In this document: one piece after another, positions 11,156-22,241 of the stretch
Numbering within the stretch: position 1 is the first letter of the stretch
Layout of the letters: every line of letters begins with the position of its first letter
Assembly: GCF_018977255.1 (NCBI RefSeq)
Contig: NW_024704743.1
Span: 63,242,001-63,306,000, forward strand
DNA length: 64,000 nucleotides
Direction: 5' to 3'
Source: Callorhinchus milii
Lineage: Eukaryota
Program-made: the position numbers and the translations under genes
Notes under the pieces: model-generated
Database searches by the model: none
Told to the model about the DNA's origin: nothing
What the model saw: the letters and a program-made list of their open reading frames with translations, nothing else

Positions 11156-13097
11156 CACAGGAGTGCTGAAAAAGCATATTTTGCTTGCACATCTGTTTTT
11201 GTTTTGATATTAAGTCATACGTATTAGTTCCCTGTAATTCTACATTCAGTGAATTTGTTGGGTCGAATTGCAGTGGCTGAAGTGGTTTCCCCTTTGAAAG
11301 ATGAAACATTCAAATTCTGGAATGATTTTGCAGCTGTTGAGTGACTTAGACTGGTGGAAGCCAGAATTTATAATATTCACTGAACCAGGTTGAAAATAAT
11401 AGGCAGTGTGAATGCTATATTCCAATAGATTCAATCGGGTTACTGAAGAAGCAACATTCAAAGGATCCAACTTGTGTGGGACAGTATATCATTGGTTAGT
11501 ATATCACACTGGTCAAGCTTATCGACATCCGACATACAACATTTGTATCACTTTTTTGTGGCCTCATTATGAAATATTTAATACCTGGAATCAGCCCTTT
11601 CCTATCCCACACAGTCAAACACGTTTGGTCAGGGAGGATCAAGTGCAAGCATTAACCGAGACCGGGGTTCAAACTCAAGTTCCCTCATTAGGACCACAAT
11701 ATGCAAGGAAATCCCAAATAGTAAATGATGTAATGCCCTTTACCCAAAATAATATTAAATACTTGATTTGGTATACCTCATTATTACATCAGAACATCTT
11801 AAAGCACTTCAGATTTTTTCTTGCAAAATGTGGTCACTGTGTATGGGGATAAAAATATTGAAAATGATAATCAATTAATTGTGGGATTAAATTGCAATTG
11901 TATTTCACTGACACAGAAAATCAGTATGAAAGGAAAACTCTACGTTTGCTCAGGATCCTGAAAATAACATCCTATTCATTTAATACAAGTTGTGCATAAA
12001 ATAGATTCTTTATTAATGCTCGATACTGATGTGAGGCTGTAGAAAACACACCCAACTGAACCATTTTAAATATTTTATTAGGGAAAAAAAGCAATCACCA
12101 GTATTTCACAGAATCTACGATAGTTTTGCGAATGGAGTAATAAGACCATTTATGGACGGAGTGAAGACGTTCTCCTGCAAAAACTCCAGCTACGGCCCAG
12201 TCCACTGATGAACAAGCATTCATTACAGCGAATTTGATTTTGGTTTTATTAATAAGAAAATCTACACCCAAAAGAACCAAGGCCACACACACTCTTAACG
12301 GTATGATTCAAATCCATCATTCACTGAGAATACAAAGCCAAACTATACAGAAACATTTAATCACTCGCATTCAGAAGCCGGTTAGTCCATATGTTCCTTG
12401 ACTGGTTCGTAGCAGCAGTTCTCAGAGGATTATTATTTGGGAAAAGAACAAAAAGACCGAGATCTAACCATTCACAAATCTGGGGTAAGAAACCCAGACA
12501 GAAAGGGAAAAATAAAAGATGGTAAAGAAAAAGAACATGTGCGTAACATTTTCCTATCTCTTGGTGGCTTCTACTATTCTAATACACCATAGTTTAAGAA
12601 AAAGTTAACTGAAATGATTACTAAGGCAATCAAACAGAATGGTCACAATTTTCTAAATTAGAACTGGTTAATTGTTCATTGAGGTATAAAAATCTACATA
12701 AAATTAAGTCTGTCATAATTGTATTATTCAACTTTGCTCATGAACTTTATCCCCATTGTATAGATTCCTGTTCATACAAAAATGATTTAAATGGACATGT
12801 GTGATATATATTCTTTGCATTCCCCCTCTGATACTGTGTACATTGGTTGCTATGGGTAAACTAAGACTCGTAGCGATATTTTGAATTTTAGTTTCCGGTT
12901 CTGTCACTTCCCAGATAAGTACAACAATTGTGTGATTAAATTACAATGATATACCGCTGACACAGAAAACCAGTGATATGACAGGCCATTTCCTAGATTA
13001 AACCATATTTGCTTTGTGAACCGCAAGTTCACTCATTGGGATTGAAGCCATCTTGTTGTCTTCACTTTCCCCTTTTTAAACCAATTAGAAACAATCG

Positions 13098-13107
13098 TGT
13101 AAACATC
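13098..13107 (-). promoter_or_regulatory. miR-30 8mer target site in the 3' UTR
   Basis: The mRNA reads GAUGUUUACA, complementary to miR-30 nt 1-10 (UGUAAACAUC). Confidence 0.6.
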
Positions 13108-13322
13108 AGTGTGTACATTTTCTCCATAAAAAGCTGTAGTCTTCAAGCCATGAAGAAAGGCGGCAGTTCTAAGACCACGAATTTATGTATTAAACATCCT
13201 TCAAAATGAGTCCACATGCTCAAAGGAAGAACCAATTCACTGCTGAGATAAACGTTCAGTTTAAGACTGGTCCAGCAGCAAAGTGCACATAGGTAGCACA
13301 CTAAATCCTCACAACAGAACCA

Positions 13323-13469
13323 TCAGAAAATGTCAGGAAGTGTGACATTGCGCAAAATCCATTGCTGAGAACGACCGCCATTGCAGTCTTTCATGGTGGG
13401 CACCTGGCTTTCTGTCTCCATGGCTTTATCCAAGCACTGATTGCTGTTTACGTGGAGCAGTGTCATTTT
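13323..13469 (-). CDS. GALNT1: GALNT1 last coding exon (147 nt including TGA): [48 protein letters not shown]
   Basis: tttttcag acceptor. Lectin gamma repeat (CLD...QQW). The C-terminus RNVTLPDIF matches GALNT1 rather than GALNT13. Confidence 0.96.
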   Translation of the reverse strand, partial: KMTLLHVNSNQCLDKAMETESQVPTMKDCNGGRSQQWILRNVTLPDIF

Positions 13470-16149
13470 CTGAAAAATCAAAAGAAATTGCTTTAATGGT
13501 CTAATACAGAAGATAAGTCTATTCTCAAAAAGAATCAAGAAACATGCTCTCAGACACGAGTGCTATTGTGTTCCTATACAGTAGCTAATGGGACCTATTT
13601 TGCAGTGTTTAATAAACAGATTCCTTCAGTAGCAATTTGTTTGGTGGGTTAGCATGATGTATTGTGTTACCAAAAGGTGCCCCACTATGCGACACCATTC
13701 ATTTATTAAGGAACCTGTTAAATACAGCAAGTTAGATATTCAATTCTGGTCCTGGTTTTATTTATACAAATTAAAATGTGCTGGAAATTTTGTTATATAC
13801 ATCAGATTCTAATTTAATTGTTTAAGGAACCTATTAAAACTCATATGTAGGATGTTACCGAGGATTATCTAGACTACCAATTGTTTTATTGCAATACATT
13901 AGAAGATTTTGTAAATTCTGAATACAAGATACTTGGGAGTAAGCCGAAACCCTGAAATAAGAGCTACAAAACTGAGGCAAGGTTCAAATACTTTAGGGGA
14001 TTAGTTAAAAAATTGCTCACATTTTTGCAAAATTGTCAAAAATATGAACAACGCAACTTGGCAGTTATAACAGCAAATAATGGAAAGTCAACCAGTAACA
14101 TTACAAGATCATCTGCCAACATTTCTAATGGATTCCAAACAAATTCAATAGTCTTTTGAAAAGAATGCAGGTCAATTTTAATCATATTGAAAACTTCTGT
14201 AGTATTATACCAGTGGGCAGTTCACCTCAGACCTATTTATGACAAATGTGCCTCTTCTACCATAATACTACCACTGTAGTCATATTACAAAATATGTTTT
14301 GACTTCCATTTTGTCAATGGAACAGTCAATATTAAAATGAACCCAACTGTGAAGATTGGCAGCTTATCAGCCAAGCCAATTCGCACAATTAATTCAAGTA
14401 ACCAACTAGCTATCAAATGACTGAAAATATGAGAATAGAGTACTGGTAGCACAAGTATTTTGGATGAAATTAAATCGCTAAACTTAACATTGAAGCATTT
14501 ACATTGTATCCTTATACAGAGAATAGTGTAGGATTTAATAGATTTATAAAACTGTTGACAGGAAGCTAAAATGATTTCTTCGTTCCCTACTACAGCAAGT
14601 GTGATGTTTCTACCTTCTAAATTAGCCATGGCAAAACATGTGGAACACAATTAGGACTGTTCTGTTCTACAAATTTACATTGCCTGCAACTAGGTCGTGA
14701 TTGGCAAAACTAATGCCTTTTAAGATCCTTAAATCTAAAAGACTTTCATCTATCCTTCTGGCCTGGACTCAAATCCAGATAATGCAAGGTGAAAGGATAG
14801 TAATTTAATTTAACCTCATCCAATCCAGTTGAAACTTTTCAATTACTGGGGCAAAGGAATGTGAACTCAATTTAAAGATTTCTCCCAGCATGGTGGTTTG
14901 CAGAAGAAACCCAATGTTGGACAAGAAAATTAAATGTGTTGAAAAATGCATGAAGTTGTTCAAATGATTCATTCAGCATTCACTGATGCTCAGTGGTAAG
15001 TCTCGTAAAAATAACTGAGTGTGTTACTGTACATAAAACAATCACATAAAAAGGGTGATTTTTTAAAAAATGAGACCGATTAAAACTGCTATTTACATGA
15101 TTTCCACATAGGATATTTAATCTGTGTTGATTAAATATCACACAGACTTACTCGGTGTCACATTTACTCGGGAGAGGTGTGTGTGTGTGTGAAGTAACCT
15201 CCAGATTGTGCTAACAAGGGTATTGAATTTCACTGACAGAATAACAATCCTTGAAATTGACATAGCTCCTTATCATGTCACTAAGACGTCTCAAAGCGCT
15301 TCACAGGATACACTGTAAAATGGATTGACTGTATATTTTCTGGGCGAAACTTGGTGGTCAGTTTGAGCAAACCAATGTCCCGCAACAACCATAGAGTGAC
15401 TGACCAATTTTATTTGGGGATTTGTTGGTCAGTACTCCAGGAGAAGCGCCTTTTTTTTAAAAATACATTTTTAAATTCTGTGAAGCATGCTACACAATAT
15501 TGGCCATTGTATGATAAAGACAAATTCAGCACAAATATTGATCTTTACTGCGGCATGACATTTTGATTGTCCCGATAGCTTACATCCACATTCTGCAGAC
15601 AAATATTTGAATTAATGGCGAAGTACTGTATTGTACTGAAGGTTACACCATCTCAAAATGTGAGGCTTTCATACCTATTTAGCCAGATGATGTTACTTTG
15701 CCTTGGACCTTGAACTACACTCAATAGAGACGTTTAGTCCTTTTTGAAAATGTGCTTAACCAGGCAAAAAAGGGCAATATAAAAATTAAATAAAGGCAGT
15801 GCTTAGAACAATTAGTCACAGAATAAATTTCCTGTTCTTTCCGTATCAGGACAGCATTTCAATTGCACACCTTCCATTCCCCACAAAAAGCATCCTGTGG
15901 CTTCCCTAATTGAAATGACCAAGTTACTGTAGTTCCAATTGGTGCCAACCACTTTGTGCCATGCTTCAAATTTACTAACTGACATGAGATTCATTTCAGC
16001 TCGGAGCCTTGCAATCAACAAACAGAACAGACTCTCACCCCACTAAAGGAAATCACTGTCAATTATATGGATTTTCAAGGCATTTGGTAAGGTTCCACAT
16101 AAGACATTATTGAATAAAATCAAGTTGAGATAAAATGCACAATCTCTTG

Positions 16150-16912
16150 ATTCAGGCTCTGGCAGCATCAACCTCCATGGTTGCACACTACAACTCACCA
16201 GCCAGTCAGGAACCCAGGTGTCTTGTTCGACCCTCAACTGTCTTTTCTCCCCCACATTCAAGCCATGACCCACTCTGCCTTCCCTCACCTCTGTAACATC
16301 GCTCAACTCTGCCACTACCTCACCCCTCAGGCCGCTGAAACTCTTGTTCATGCCTTCGTCACCTCCAGGCTCGACTATGCAAACGCCCTGCTTGTCGGCC
16401 TTCCCAACTCCTCCCTCCACAGACTGCAGATAATCTGCAGCCCATGTCCTCTCCTGCACCAAACTCCGTGACCCCATCTCCCCCACTCTCCCCCAACTCC
16501 ACTGGCTCCCTATCCTTCAGAGGATCCAGGACAAAACCCTGATCTTCACCTACAAAGCCCTCCATAGCCTCGCCCCGCCCTACCTCTGCGATCTCCTAAC
16601 CCCCTACCAATCCGCCCGCTCCCTCCGCTCAGCCGGCTCCGGCCTGCTCCACGTCCCCCGACCCACCATTGGGGGAGAGCCTTCAGCCACTCTGCCCCCA
16701 ACCTCTGGAATTCCATCCCCCAGTCACTCTGCCTCACCCCTTCCTTAGCCTCCTTCAAGTCCCGCCTCAAGACCCTCCTCTTCGACCATCCCCTTTCCCC
16801 TCCCCTCCCCCCCAACCCCAACTCGGGTCTGAAATGCTGTACACTATCCAGCGCCTTGAGACGTCCTCCTGAAGTGAAAGGCGCTATACAAATGTAATCT
16901 TGTTGTTGTTGT
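16150..16912 (+). mobile_element. 5'-truncated young L2 LINE nested in a CR1 fragment (~16040-16980)
   Basis: HAFVTSRLDYANALL peptide and a (TTG)n tail. CR1 RT sequence lies on both sides. Confidence 0.92.
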
Positions 16913-17534
16913 AGTTCTGATTGGCAGGTTGTGACAAGTTGGGTTCAATGTTGGGGAACGCAGGTATTCACAATATATACGTCTGGTGGACCAGGAAAGC
17001 CCGCCACCTCCTTCCACCCGGGTTCAGCTTTTATACAATCCCAAAATACCCAGGATTCTCTTCAATAAATCCCAGGATTCTGGGATTCCTGTGATCACAA
17101 GCCCTAGTTATAATGGCATTCTACTGTAGTGTATATTCTGCAATTGGTATTTTAAGTTCCTATTCCTCCAGTCATAAAAAGCAATACCTGCCAGCACCTG
17201 GATTCTGTCATGCTGAACTCTCTGAGTTATACGTGGTCATGTATCTCATCTGTTTCCGTGAAGTTAATAATGACCAAAGGAGGGTTCTATAACTGTCAGG
17301 AGGTCACTGTCCAAGTAGAATTAATAGATGTTCGGCCTCAATAGCTGGTGAATTCTTTTGCGGCCTTGCACTTTAGACCAAAGTTCAACGGTGTAAAGTT
17401 ATGATCTGAACCTTTATTTGTAAATTCTGTTTAACTATAATTTATCATTATTAAATATAACCAATAATTAATGCGTGAGTAAAAAGCACATAAAATTTAT
17501 TTTTAAATACAAATATTTACAATAAATTACTTAC

Positions 17535-17669
17535 TACATTGTCATAATCCCAAAGCTGATTGCCTTTCAGATGATGGCACTTCAGCATCATGATAGGGCC
17601 ATTAAGTTTGGACACATCTAAGCACAAGTCATCAGTTCGGATTTCTTTGTTTGCAGTATAGGAGAATAC
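17535..17669 (-). CDS. GALNT1: GALNT1 coding exon (135 nt): [45 protein letters not shown]
   Basis: Translated by hand. tag acceptor and GTAAGT donor. Lectin beta repeat (CLD...QLW). Confidence 0.96.
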
Positions 17670-18727
17670 CTAGCGAATGAAAGAACATGAAAGGATTAAA
17701 ACTGCAAAAATAACAAGGGTCTGAATTCATGACAAGACAAGCAATTGATGTAGGAAGTCATTTCAATGTTGCTTAAATTTCTTTTAGCTTTATGTATTTT
17801 AACCTTGATATTAGCTGTACTATGATTATTTTTACAAGGTTCACATGCAAAGATCATGTACAATGAATAATCGGCATACTTAAATGGGGGCCAGAGAACT
17901 GATTAAAGCAGATATTGGACAGCGTTAATAAGCTTCAAGTCTCAAGACTCCTAATTAATCTATACATGAAGGCATTAGTGGATGGTTTGAGCTTTAACAG
18001 TATAGACTAACTTTAGGTAACTCTTTGACAACACTTCTCCATTGGCAACTCAGTTTTGAACTTGTTTACAGTCCATTCTATGATTTTCTGGCTGCTCTCG
18101 AACAAATTAAGTTTCAAGATTTTGCTTCATTGATACTCAGCCAATCTTTCTGTCTCTCCTCCCTGCAGGCCAGAAACCATTATATATCCCTTATGAAGCC
18201 GGCAAAAAGAAGAGACCAACCCACACACTTCAGCACGGCCTCTTTGCATCCTGTGAACCAAAAAAGAATGCAAAAAAACACTGTGCCACCAGATTTTTGG
18301 ACAGACTTTTTCCGATGATGCACGTGTCTAATGACCAGTTTAAACTAGTTTCCCTTTGCTTCATTGCTAATGGTATAAAACAAGTTGCAAGGCAATCCAG
18401 CACTGAAGCAGTTAAGCACCTGCCTCACAAAAAGCATCACAAATTCAAATCCCAAGGAATTGATCAAACCTTCTTGCAAATATCTGAAAATAAGCTTAGT
18501 CTGTGCTCTGCTAAACCACTAAACTAAACAAGCAATGGCAGGGCCACCCATACAACGTGAGAATAGACTGTTTTCGTGTATATGTGAGCTGCTGGCGTTC
18601 TGACCATGAGCTGCCTGTGCATAGATCGTGTAGCACAACTGAAGCTAGTTGTGAGGTTACTCATGGACCGAACATGCAAGTGAAAGTAACTCAAGGAAAA
18701 GAGAATCAAAGGTAAAGAATAGCTCAC

Positions 18728-18826
18728 CTGGTTGCCTCCCATGCCATGACAGTTAAATATTCCCACTTTTTCATTTTCCTTTCTTGCCATATTATCCAGG
18801 CATTGGTTAGTTTCTACATTTCGGAT
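18728..18826 (-). CDS. GALNT1: GALNT1 coding exon (99 nt): [33 protein letters not shown]
   Basis: tttttag acceptor and GTGAG donor. Ricin-B lectin alpha repeat (CLD). Confidence 0.96.
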
Positions 18827-19000
18827 CTAAAAAGATTATAGAATTAAATAATTAATGTAATTAGAAATTGCAAATAATCTAAAGGCACACCAGACAATTT
18901 TTGAAAAAGCATTGTATAAACTAATATTCCCTATTTTTCAACATAATCAAGGTTTTAAAGAATTAATGTTTTGATTCATCAATCTGATCTTGCTGGAAGA

Positions 19001-19051
19001 GATGGTATAGTTTTATTTACTATTTCAAATAGTAAATAAAACTATACCATC
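19001..19051. repeat. Perfect 25-bp inverted repeat with a 1-nt spacer
   Basis: GATGGTATAGTTTTATTTACTATTT-C-AAATAGTAAATAAAACTATACCATC. Confidence 0.97.
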
Positions 19052-19350
19052 AATTTTCTAAATGGTTCAATGTTTCTCACATAATAAAACTGTAATATTA
19101 TGTTAACCTCTCTTTTGGGATTCAATTCTTTTCTAGTGGATGAATGCTACATAACAGAAAACATCACTGATGAATGTTGGCAATTTTCAAATCGTGCTTC
19201 CAAATTGTAGTAAATACTTAGTGATAAGTATTTGTTCCTAAAATGACAATATCTAGAGACTGGTACAGTCTCCACAAATAAAAACACAGAAATTTCCATT
19301 TCTAGGTGGCATTCACATGTGAAACTTAGTCTGATGTGGATACTCTTAAA

Positions 19351-19571
19351 CAACAACAACAACAACAACAATCCTTGCATTTGATATAGCGCTTTTCACG
19401 TCGGGAGGACATCCCAAAGCGCTTCACAGAACACACTGTAAAGTGAATTGACTGTATATTTGTGGGCGAACGCGGCAGCCAATTGCTCACAGCAATGTCC
19501 CACAAACAGTCGTAGATTGAAAATGACCAATTTATTATTGTTTTGGGTTTTTGGAGGGATTATTATTAGGC
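19351..19571 (-). mobile_element. 5'-truncated young SINE
   Basis: About 4 differences in ~200 nt from the copy at 57903-58102. Confidence 0.92.
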
Positions 19572-22101
19572 TCCATGTTATATCCATTGGCAAAGTTTTC
19601 TACGCTTATGATCTATCTGATAGATATATGTGACCCACATTGGGGAGAGGAAGCCTTTAGATTGTAATACTGATTGGTAGTAAAGTGCAGTTATTCGCCA
19701 AGGCAAATGTAATGAACTTCTGTATTACTATCTATAGGTCTGCTATTGCTGCCTCTCAAGTCAATCCGTGGGTTCGTTCGAGAATATCGCTTGTTACTAG
19801 CAATGTGCAAGATTATGGCAAGTGCTGTTCATTGCACAGGTTGAAGTAACTTTTTCTGAAGGAGTGTTTTATATAGGACATTACAGCTAATACATTCTAC
19901 GCTTAAAAATTAAACCACATGCTATTTTTTCAGGATTGTGACAACATAAAATTAACAGTATAAAAACGATGAGGATTTATTACTAGATGTATCAATTGAT
20001 TGAAAGTATGTGCAGTTCAGCTCTACAGAACTAGAAAAGTAGGTTTTTCTATAGCATTTATAGTACCCATTGGTTCTTTTACTTGCAATTCAGTAACGTG
20101 CTCAAGAGCTCAGGTCATTAAAAGGCATCATGCACCAATTTGCAATTTTTTTTAACTGTAAAGCAAAATTTTAAATAAAAATAAGAATGTAGATTAATAA
20201 CCAGGACATGAGCTGGGAACATGAGGCAGGGCTCTGCACTTGCAAAGGAATGCGTTACTGCTTGTGTACTGGTAGGCAGTGTTTTGGCTCCTGGTTTTAA
20301 ATCGACGTAACTTCTGACCAGAGTGAGTTGGATACACAGTGTTTTCTCACAAGCAGTCACTCATCCTACATGCAAGTCCATAACACTGCACAGGCCTCAA
20401 ACTCACTTGATTTTTCCTTTGATTGTAAGAAAACAAACAATGTTTTATCTGTTAATTTGGATCTGGCAAAACTATGGAACTGGACTCCCCATATGTTTAA
20501 ATCAATAGCACACACAATTTGTTTTTTTTAAAAAATACGTCTACACGACATAGTGTTCTAAAATCATTTTAAAATCATTCTGCTAAAAACACTACGTGCC
20601 TTGTGCTTCAAGAGTTTTAAAAAACCCTAATTTAATTTTCATCTTTAATAAACCGCGTTACCCTGGCTCCACTGCACTTTCACGATGGTCACTTTTGAAA
20701 AAGCTACTTTTACAAATGCCCGAAAATGAAGGCTGTCTGAAACCTGTCTTAAGTATATTAACAGGGTGGGGGGGAAGTCACGATCCCCAAACTGATACTC
20801 ATCACATGGTGGTAATTGGTTTCCTCATGCGTCAGAAACCCAGTTGACTGAGAAGATAGATTAGTACAGGGAATCCTATCAACCTAAAGTTCCACATTTC
20901 TGTCACAAAAGATAAATAAATTGTGGAGGATGAGCTCCATGGTATAACCATGCTTATTAGGGTCTAACTGTATGCATCATGGTCAAACTGATTCTTGAAA
21001 GATTTACTAACTTGATATTAATATTGGCAGAGAATACATCATTTATCAGTTTACAATCCAATTTGATCACGTGTGCCCGATGAAAATTTCAACATTAACA
21101 CCAGTCACTTCTAATATTCAGAAAATGAATACATTTATTAAAAGATAGTATAAATCCAGTGTTCTGCTGATAAACTCTATAATTTGTTAAAGGATGTATC
21201 AAGGTAGTAGGACTGAATGGATTGTTCTTAGACACCCGACACAGATAAAATGGGCTGAATTGCTTATTTCTGTGCTAAAATATTCTAGGATTCTTCAGCA
21301 GGTTACCCCCTTTACTGGTACAATATTGCAGTGTTGAAGTAATATGAACGCAGATGGCATAAGTTTACAGTTCAGTTTACATGTGGGACCTGATTTTTGC
21401 ATTCAGTTAATAACATGTCCCATCTCTGCAGCATTACATGAACAAGCTGCAATTAAAACCAATGCAGCAGAACAGGAATTTAAAATGATAAAATGTGCAT
21501 CATTAGCAGCACTCAAGGCGACTTAACAACCATAACACAGAGACACACTAAAACACACAGAATGACAACTCATCTGTAAAAGGGTTAAACAGGATTTCAG
21601 TTTCTAGTAGGAACTAACAATCACCTCAGCTAGATTTATGACTAAATACAGGGCAACCCAGTTATGTGGGATCTTGGGTCATAAAATTAAACATCATGTT
21701 ATAGTTTTTCTGTGAAAAAAAATGGCTGTCTGTGTCTCTTGCGTTATCACTCAGATCACTTCCAGCCCTAGCAGGAAGCTGACTAGTCAGCCAGAACCTT
21801 GCTCATGAGCACATTTCTAGGACTAGAGATGCTCGCAAACGTAGTCACAAGGCTTGCAACTTTTACTGGCTGCTTCTCGTGTGATGCACGCATGCACAGG
21901 AAATCAGTCAGCTAGAAGCTGGAAATGTACCGTACTTCTGGTGACGACAGACCCAAAAGACATTCATGTTCAGCTCTCTGAGGCATTATGTAAATACAAG
22001 CTGTTGTTGTATAAGCAGATTTGTGTAATAATGAATCCTTTATAACTGGGTCCCTCTGTAGTTTTTTTAAAGTGTTTGAAGAATTAAGACACAATCCTTA
22101 C

Positions 22102-22241
22102 CTCTCCCAGGGAAAAATAGTGACGTGGAATTTGGGAATCAGGATAAACGTTCTCCAGAAACCAGGAGAAAGGCTTACATGACAGTTTTTCTCTTAATGC
22201 TTTACGTGCTGTTACATCTCCATAGTCAACCTTGGTGACAC
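22102..22241 (-). CDS. GALNT1: GALNT1 coding exon (140 nt): [47 protein letters not shown]
   Basis: Translated by hand. cag acceptor and GTAAG donor. End of catalytic domain and linker. Confidence 0.96.

Larger units (their letters stand above)
11120..13322 (-). other. GALNT1: Probable GALNT1 3' UTR (~2.2 kb)
   Basis: AU-rich stretch after the stop with no recognisable repeats, ending near tandem AATAAA hexamers. The end is inferred, and more proximal AATAAA sites exist (~12010, ~12245). Confidence 0.6.

Noticed and set aside
11900..11925. Roquin constitutive decay element
   Set aside because: UUUUCUGUG is not followed by GAA(AA), so the CDE stem cannot form.
18585..18693. Hammerhead ribozyme or miR-187
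   Set aside because: No CUGANGA/GAAA core in the right context, and no match to the miR-187 mature sequence.
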